A stretch of 58,427 bases of DNA, filler included, from Sphacelaria rigidula (Eukaryota): NCBI GenBank assembly GCA_964200075.2. It is 10 parts of 10 records of this genome, joined end to end, with 100 filler letters (N's around TTAATTAATTAA, not from the genome) between each part and the next. Parts side by side here need not be neighbours in the genome. Positions count along the whole stretch, not along the records: positions 46,824 to 52,575 come from CAXNAA020024726.1; positions 52,676 to 58,427 come from CAXNAA020024727.1; 8 more parts are not named here. The stretch is one strand, 5' to 3'. The notes beneath the pieces were generated by a model. It had not been told where the DNA came from. It made no database searches and saw only the letters and a list, made by a program, of their open reading frames with translations. Numbering within the stretch: position 1 is the stretch's first letter; every line of letters begins with the position of its first letter. Of the stretch, positions 50,601 to 58,427 are shown one piece after another. A program made the translations under genes and the position numbers.

Positions 50601-52575
50601 TCTCTGACGAAGTCAAGGGAGCGGCCGAATGTGCACCCTCCCCCTCCTGAAAAATACCCGGGAAGCAAGCCCATCCAGGCTCTAAACATGAGGACTAGAC
50701 AACACAGCGGGAAGCCCATCCAAGCTGACAACATGGGAGAATCCAAAATTCCGGGGCGCCACCCCACTAGCCCCGATAAAGTAAACATCTAAATCAGCCG
50801 GGTCAGAGATGCGAAAACGACCACTTACATCTTCGTTGCTGTGAGCGAGAGGAAGACGCGATAGCATGTCGGCGTTGGAATTAGCCGCCCCAGGCTTGTA
50901 AAAGATCTCGTAGGAGTGAGCACTGAGAAAATCTTACCAACGCTGGACCCTAGGCACTTTCTCAGTAAGACTGAACAAACTGGGCAAAGGTTGATGGTCG
51001 CCGAAAGTTGGGAAGGAATTCCGTAGAACAACGGCCGGTTTCTCTGGACCACCCAAACAATCGCACCCGCTTTCAGCTCAGTGGCCGTCCAGTTGAGCTC
51101 ATTAGGCAAAGTACTGTGGCTCAAAAAACACAATGGCCGCACACTACCTTCCGAATGGCGTTGCTCCACCACCGCCCCCAAATCATCTTTACACGCGTCC
51201 GTAACCGACATAAAAGGACGACCACGCGACACCGCACCACCATAATCCGGAAAAGATAAACGTTTCGGACCGGATAACTCTCCGAGAATTTTGCGCACCG
51301 TTTCCGAAATGTTCCGGCGTGAGATGAAACTCAACCCTTTTCTTCAACAGCCCTTTAATGGATTTGGTGCGGGCCGCAATTGTAGGGATGAACTTGCGGT
51401 AGTGACTCAACCCCCCCCCATGAGCGAACGCAACTCAGTCACGGAGGTAGGCATCGGCATGAGGCGCAGAGCGTCTACCTTCTAAGAGCCAGGCGAAATT
51501 CCGTCAGCCGAGATACGGTGACGAAGGAAAGTGACCTCACCAGTCCCCATGTGAGCCTTCTTCGGCGCCAGTTTAAGGTCGAATTTGGTGAGGCGTTCCG
51601 AAAAGGCCGACAATTCGCCCACATGTTCAGCCTCATTTGCACTGAACGTGCAAATATCATCGATGTACAACCGGCACCGCATCAGACCCTCACATACCCG
51701 AGCCATGATGGATTGAAACCACCCCGGGCTCCCACTGCAACCCATGGGCATCACCAACCATTCGTACAAACTCGATTGAGTGCACACAACGATCAGTGGG
51801 ACGGTGTCAGGGTGAATTGAGATGTTGAAATAACCTGACAGAATATCAACGAAAGTAAAAACCTTGGCACCCCCGAGCTCATCCAACAGCTCGTCGATAG
51901 TAGGAATGGGCAGGACCGGGATGACAGTGGCGTCATAAAAATTCCGACAATTGCACGTCAACTAAATACCTCCACCCTTCTTACTCACCACCACTAACGG
52001 GGAGCTCCAACTGGAATACGAACGTCGCAGGAGCCCCGTCGCTAACAACCGGGCGATTTCAATCTGCACCTTTTGTCGCGTGGCCGGGTTGTGACGGTAC
52101 GGCCGTTGTTTAATGGGGTTAGCCCCCGGCTTCACCTCGATTTTGAACGGATCCACCGTAAAGTATCCCAAACCCATTTTATTCACCGAAAATCTGTGAG
52201 GCAATTTGCACAGCACATCCGCCAACTTATCAATGTTCTCCACCTGCCAGTACGTGTCCTGTAAACCGAAAGTTATGCTATGTAAGTGGGGAGGAATACG
52301 TCCGCACAGACGATGGAACGCAGCGCGTTTCTCCTCACATAGATCACCGAACATGGTCTCCGGCGGCCCCAGTAGTACCGGCTCGACTGCAAAAACGGCG
52401 ATCGAAGCCGGGTCCGGCAACCTGGAAATCTTTGCACCATTGAGCGAGCAAGGTACCAACGGTAGCCCTGCTGACCCCAATTTCATCCTCGGTAAGACCA
52501 ACGCACACTCCACACCTAACAACAAATTGTGCGAATTGAGGTTTAACTTCGAGATGAGGCTCAAGCCTAAAACAG
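47700..52575 (-). pseudogene. pol: Gypsy Pol (RT, RNase H, integrase, chromodomain-like)
   Basis: PIKQRPYR, SSWSSPLVVV, DILSGY, VMPMG, YIDD; RNase H VTDAC..ATELKAGAIVW; integrase YYWWIGM..CYACQ, FDFFGPLP, SDRGAEF, YRPQTNGMV; LQYLPHWGG..RWEHEADF. Many stops and frameshifts. Confidence 0.93.
48285..48575 (+). mobile_element. SINE-like (non-LTR) insertion with TSD and A-rich tail
   Basis: TSD AATGCGGGAGGT (48273-84) / AATGAGGGAGGT (48576-87); 3' GACAAAAAAACA; removal restores LALQYLPHW in pol with a 1-nt adjustment. Confidence 0.8.
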
Positions 52576-52675
52576 NNNNNNNNNNNNNNNNNNNNNNNNN
52601 NNNNNNNNNNNNNNNNNNNTTAATTAATTAANNNNNNNNNNNNNNNNNNNNNNNNNNNNNNNNNNNNNNNNNNNN
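52576..52675. other. Artificial contig linker
   Basis: N44-TTAATTAATTAA-N44. Confidence 0.99.
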
Positions 52676-52739
52676 TTCGTTCCTCTTTCTCTGCGTTTCC
52701 TCGTTTCTTCGTTTCTTCTCCTCCTTTTTCTCTTTCGTC

Positions 52740-53395
52740 ATTCCTAGGCCGTGTCTCATATTTGTTTTCCTCTACTCGAAAACATGCGGTCGAATCGAAT
52801 AGATTGTGGTTAGCTCGTACCCGATACGTCCACGGCATTTATGGTCTCAAATGGCCTCAAGTCCATTTGGTCATCATTCCCGCGCGATGGACAGGGTGAA
52901 AAAAAGAAGAGCGTAGCTTTTTAAGTCGAGAACAAGCGGCGGGAACGATCGAAGGGGGGCACATGACTCTTGTGTTGCACACAACCATGCCAAATACCAC
53001 ATGGTTCATTCGCAGCTACCGACTCAACCTTGCAGCATAAATCACGAACCGAGCATCGGAATACAAACGCTGCAGTGATGAGGAATCAACACCACCACCC
53101 TCTTGGCATCATGTTTTTTCTTGTCGTTGGCGAAAACCTAGGCATTTCATTTTGTGTTGGAGTCCACCAACGGAGTTGCGTGCGAGCATGGGCGACCGAA
53201 TTGCGAACACAGTCATGTACAGTAGAGGCAGTTCAAGACTGCACGTGGTTCAAATCTCTGTGCATACAGGAGTTCACATCTTTCTGTATGCAGAGTACGG
53301 ACAGCTCTGCTGTCTGTGTGTCACGTTGCCCGCTTATTTCGCACGTCACGTCTGCATGTTGTACGAAACACACACAATATGCAGACAGTACTGTC
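52740..53395 (+). repeat. Copy of dispersed repeat family B
   Basis: Colinear with 21640-22760 apart from a ~445-bp indel. Confidence 0.85.
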
Positions 53396-53997
53396 TGACA
53401 GGGAGTGTGTCAGTTTTGTATTGTCTCGGGTACGGCCATTATGTGACCACGGCTGGATCCCTGGGAGGTCAGATGAAGTGTGACAATCGATCAATCTGTC
53501 GATCAAATCAAAACCAACAACTCAATGAGAGTACCAGCAACGGTACTAGAACCATTGCAAGGTGCTTATTCGCCCCCCCCCCCCCCTTTCCCCCCTCACG
53601 TCGAGATTCAGCCTCGTCGCTTGTTGTTGTGTGACGCTCTTTCAGCGTTTGGACACCAAGAAGGCGATTAACCGAAGTAAACTCATGAACTCCTCCACTA
53701 GATTGGCCGCACTGTAAGCTAGAGTGACGTAGTCGGTATCGACCTGCCCCCCAGCCCCAACCCCCCTGAAGTTTGTATATTGTTTTGGAAACGGTGTCGG
53801 CGAATGTTTCTACCGGAGACCGAAGTGACCTGACCCTGGTACAGCGTCGATTCTATGTACTACAGGAGCAGACATGTACCTGTGCTGATATCCAGTCACG
53901 GCACGCACCCAGCACGAAGTCCGTAGTTTATGGTTGTTTTGTTGTTGCGTAGAATTGTTGGCCAATTTCATCTGTTGCTCCGTTGTTTGACGAGCAG

Positions 53998-54069
53998 GCG
54001 AAATCCCCGCCGAGTTGGGCCAGCTTGTGGTGCTGGAGGAGCTGTCGTTGGGCGGCAATAAGCTGACGG
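53998..54069 (+). CDS. Single 72-nt leucine-rich-repeat exon (brown-algal LRR-ROCO type)
   Basis: CAG| (G)EIPAELGQLVVLEELSLGGNKLT(G) |GTGAGT; exactly one 24-aa LRR; symmetric phase 1/1. Confidence 0.92.
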
Positions 54070-55599
54070 GTGAGTGTTTCCTCGTTTCCTCGTTTCCTCG
54101 TTTCCTCACACATGCCTTCACGAGAGCGATGTGCAGTCTCCATGAGGTGTAGAACAGAAAGGGTATCTAGGTGTGATTTCTTCCCTTGTCCTGTATTGAT
54201 GTTGGTATCCGTGTCACCACGAAGCATACCAGAGACCCTTCCGGGGCTTGTGGGCGACAGCCTCATTGTTTTGAACTGCAGCCATGAGTGCGCCGTTCTC
54301 CCCTCGGGTTCCTGTTTGTCATGGCCACAAGTATGTCGGAGACGGCACCCCGACTTGCGCATGCAGCTTGGGGTATACGAGGATCGTTCACGCACACTTG
54401 TAATGGGCACGTTTGTTGTTAACACAGCGTTGAGGAACAGCGGATGTTGAATGCTATTGCGCAAGACCATGTTATGCTTCCACGGATGCTTGTGGTATCG
54501 GTTTGTGTGGCTGCTGTGTGTGATATAGGTTCGTTAGCAACAGCTTGTTGACGAAAACTAGTAGCGTTTGTGCTTTCGTCACTTTCGTGTCCCTCTCTGA
54601 GCGTCAATATATTGATATAGCCGTCGTGTTGGGCAGCATGGCTCGGTGCCGTCTTGCTTTCGCGTGGTACGGTCGTGCTTTACGCCGTTGCAGACAACCT
54701 CTATCTCTGCTTTTTCCGTCATGAATATCGACAAAAAACGTATTGGAATGTGAAACAATAGTGGTGACGGCGGCCTCGAGCGACGTCGGTAGCCGAGGAT
54801 ATTGGGGGGAAAAGAAAGGAGTTGCAACACTTCTGGCCGAAATTACACCCACATGGTGAATTTCGCCAATGTCGGGAAGGCCCGCCCTCGTGGCATCGAA
54901 TGGGCCCAGCAGAACGTGTGTTTGTTCACTCACAGCAGCACTGGTTTGTATGTAGGTGAAGGGGAGAGGGATGGGCGCGGTAAGGGGTGAGAGGGTCGCT
55001 GAGGGGGTCAACGAAATCAACGGTATCTTTTTGTGAAATGCCACTGAGGGAGTGTACAAAATGCACGGTATCGTGAAATTTGATTCTTTGGGGAAAGCAG
55101 GGGCAGTGAGGAGAGGAAGCGTTTGCCGCAATGAATTTTGAAATCAACGGGTTGGTCATCGCATTGAACACCGAAGAAAAGTGATTGGAAATCAACGAAA
55201 AACACCCCCCAGGCTGGGTTCTTCTCAATACACTCATCTTTTCTTCTCTGAGAGAGAAACAGAAAGCCCGTGGGCAAATTCCAACAGCTTCCCGAATTCG
55301 GTGTCAGACCCCCCCCCCCCCCCCCCCCCGTCCTCCCCGAGAAGTACACGCCCGAGGAGGAAGCAAGCAAGATTTCGGGTCGATGAGAGGCGAGGAATGA
55401 TAGAGACGACGAGGGACAACGGATGCCCCCGCCTGGAGACGAGGCATTTGACCATGTTTTTGAAATTCCGAACAACCCATCCCCATCTCGAGAAAAGCGC
55501 ACGTTTGCGGTGTGTGACAGGATGGGAAAAATGTCTCACGACACGAGCCATACGAGCTGGTTGAGAGTACAACTGGAATTGTTTCAATGACGTTTATGA

Positions 55600-57050
55600 A
55601 ATGTGTTCCGAATTTGGTGAATCCACTCGTGTGCACCATGTAGGAAAAATAGTTACATTACAACTATTGCTCCCTTGCAAAAGAACATGTTGAGCTATCG
55701 GTTCCATCGCAGCAGTTCCGTTCTTGTTGGTCGCGTCCATGGAGTTGAAAATCGGCGTTAGAAGTAGAGCGTTGTAACGGCCTTTGTACGTGAAACAAAT
55801 ACGTGCATGAAAATTCACATCATGACCATGGATGAAAAGGTATCGCAGACTGGATGAGGGACGAATATCGTTAGCATGGCTGCTTTGAACTCAGCTATCA
55901 CTCAAGAATCATACGTCTCACGACTCGACCCTTCACGGACATGTGGCGGTTGTACATGAGGATGCCACACACTTGTCGGTCCTCTTGGCTCTGAGTACAA
56001 GATATCTTGACGTAAAGTTGCTGAAAATGTCCCGAAATTGATCAACTATCGTGTGCCTAGAGTTACGAGTAGAAAGAACGACATGTGCAACAATCACGAT
56101 GTTTGAGCTTCCGACCACGAATATAGCGGAGGGAAGTGAAGAGAAATACCCCTTTGGAAAGTGATCACCTGAGGGCAGTGGCAGTGTATGTTTTGATCAC
56201 CCACGGGTGATGTAGCTTCAAACCTCGAGTCACATATTTTTCAAAACGGTGTCATACAAGAAACTTTCCCCTTCACCGGAGGATGCAGGAGGATTCCGAC
56301 AGTCTGTTACTTGGGGCTGTGACCACCCTTGTTTTTCGACAAGTTATGGTGCGGAGGGCGGTACACCCTGTGCTCTATGGTACATGAGATCTCTCTGCTC
56401 TACCTGCTTTACTACTCGCGGACGACAGTCGTTGTGTAACATTTGCGTTAGTTCTGGTGGATCACGCCGAAGCGAGTCGTCCCTGTTGCATGCTCGTGAT
56501 TCATTTGACCACAGCGAAATGCTTCCGTGGCATGGGCTTTTTGGCGTTTCCGAACCAGACGAGATAACGCGATCATGGCGTAGAGTGCAGGTCTCTACAT
56601 GACCCCATGTGACCTTCATTTGACGAGGAATGATGTGTTTGTTTCTGAGGCTGTGGCAGCATTTAGTTCAACACTGGGCTACTGCACGTGAATTGAGGAA
56701 AATACTGTACTTGGACACTTGCATATTTGTATTGAGCAGAACCCGCATGTTTGCACGGCCGGGATAATCAGGGTGATACTCTATCGATCTCACTCCATAT
56801 CTACTGCAGTTCTGTGCAGCTTTCAGGATAGCGCATGGTACCATACTCGAAAAATGATTGAGTTATGAACAAAAAAGAAAATAGACCGGTCGTTATGTCC
56901 GACGTGGTTATCTCCATTTGTTCATGAACATATCGCCCATGGTAACGTTGAGCGTTTGATGCAATAACGTGTGCAGATGTGGGATTGTTGGCGAGATTGG
57001 GCCGCGTCTTGTATAATCGCTTCTTCGCCGTTGTGTCGTATCGTTCAATA
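55600..57050 (-). pseudogene. Possible decayed Helitron/Helentron Rep(-helicase) relic
   Basis: RRG..PHLHTLL (~56975, HUH-like), VLLNTNMQV..RAVAQC*TKC (~56750-56660, resembles Rep motif 3 YxxKY), VLLQGS (~55680, Walker-A-like position). All degenerate. Confidence 0.35.
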
Positions 57051-58179
57051 TTCTAGTGCAGGGGAGCAAGCTAAGGAGAAGCAATTTCCGTTTTTTTTTA
57101 CACCTTTTTGGTGGCGAAAACAGCAAGCTGTCGTGCTTTAGCCGATGCAAGACGTTGGTGTGGAGGGTGGACAAGTGCATGTGTCTCTGAAGAGGCTCGG
57201 TGTTTCACTGCAGACTTTCTGTCCTCGTTAGTGTAGATGAATCAAACCGAACACTTGTTTGGCGTTGTCGCCTCACGTTTGATAACCGTATTGGACGACA
57301 ACCCCGGGGACGGGCGAAAATATGTAAACGGATGCAATTTCACCGTTATTCGCGGAATAAATACCGGTGCTGAGAGCTGGAAACAGGCTAGTTAACCGGT
57401 TTCCGCTGCTCGATAACAACGATACTCTACATGTCCCGTTGAAGAGCACGCCCTCACATGGCCGTGCACTAATCAAATTAAACCCACGGATGATCATCCT
57501 TGTACCGGACGGCAAAAGTGAAATATTGCAAGACCCATCTCTGAACCCGACGGTCATGATGAAATTACGTGATCACCACTAAACTGGGCGGTAGTCTCAC
57601 CATACGATTTCCGATGCGGTGGCACAAGTGACGTATATCATGGCAATCGTCGGACTAGGCACATGTTTCACGTGACGAATTTTGACGCAGCTCAGGGAGG
57701 ACAATGAAGATGCAGAAGTTCGCTTGACGTTTGGTGTAAGTTTTCGCCATGTATATGGGAAAATCATATATACTGCAATCGCTTCGAAAGTGTGTGTAAC
57801 GATCCCCTCATGTTTATGAGCGTGTCGGTCACGAGGAAGAGTCCAGTGCACGACAATAAAAAGTACGTTTGTCGCGTGCATGCTTCGCGCTTCACTGTGT
57901 CACAGCATGCTCTCACACGCTCCATATTTGCTTTGTGGTTCACTTGATGTCGACCGATGAGTTTCTTTTCTTTTTCCGGCGAGGAGATGGTGGAGTTGTC
58001 CCACTCCGAAAATAAGCAGACCCGGGTATTGGAGTTGGAAAGTCCAAAATGAAGTACACCCCGCGTCCTCATCTGCATTTGCTACCCAAGACTTGGCTGG
58101 TTATATAGTTTTATGGCCCCGCGTGGTTACTTTTTGTCAGAGACACTTTCTACGGTAGCCCCCCCCCCCAAAACCCAGC

Positions 58180-58427
58180 CAGCCTGGTCCGGCGAGAACC
58201 CGTCGGGCTCCGTCCCGGCTTTGTAGGGGCGGACCCCCGATGGGGTTGGCGTCGGTCGGTGATGGCGCTATAAAGCACGCCACTCGCTGCGTAAGCGAGG
58301 CAACCAGGTTACCGATTTTTTTGCACACTTGCGTTTTTTTGCGGTAACCATGATGGTGGCCGAGCTAGATCATGTTGTGCGGCGTGGGAGAACCCCAACT
58401 CCGCACAATGGAGATGATCGCACTACG
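58180..58427 (-). repeat. Fragments of dispersed repeat family A
   Basis: Reverse complement of the family A core and 3' part. Confidence 0.8.

Larger units (their letters stand above)
47395..52575 (-). mobile_element. Ty3/gypsy LTR retrotransposon (3' part), decayed
   Basis: Order RT-RNase H-integrase-chromodomain-like-PPT-LTR. Confidence 0.93.

Overview
This is not one locus. It is ten unrelated contigs of 5753/5752 bp, sorted by size and joined by an artificial 100-bp linker (N44-TTAATTAATTAA-N44), so nothing can be inferred across linkers. The DNA is eukaryotic, intron- and repeat-rich, and most likely from a brown alga (Phaeophyceae). That assignment is inference from a 72-nt phase-1 LRR exon of the Ectocarpus ROCO type, TTAGGG repeats and a stramenopile-type GNAT exon. 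By contig: (1) decayed Ty1/copia gag-protease; (2) a long frameshifted orphan ORF with 63-bp repeats; (3) a GNAT exon, a hAT MITE with 8-bp TSD, and a Tc1/mariner MITE inside a 62-bp minisatellite; (4) the last exon of a HAD hydrolase; (5) a Helitron 3' end with a C-terminal OTU protease; (6) two 5' exons of a probably secreted protein and a ~440-bp palindrome; (7) an intron-containing Sola2-type transposase pseudogene behind a 302-bp tandem array; (8) long inverted repeats and a TTAGGG-carrying MITE; (9) decayed Ty3/gypsy pol with stacked LTR-like units and a structured ~290-bp SINE-like insertion that partly resembles a twister ribozyme; (10) an isolated LRR exon and a possible Helitron Rep relic. 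No complete host gene, RNA gene or CRISPR array is supported. Family assignments are motif recognition by eye; no database search was run.
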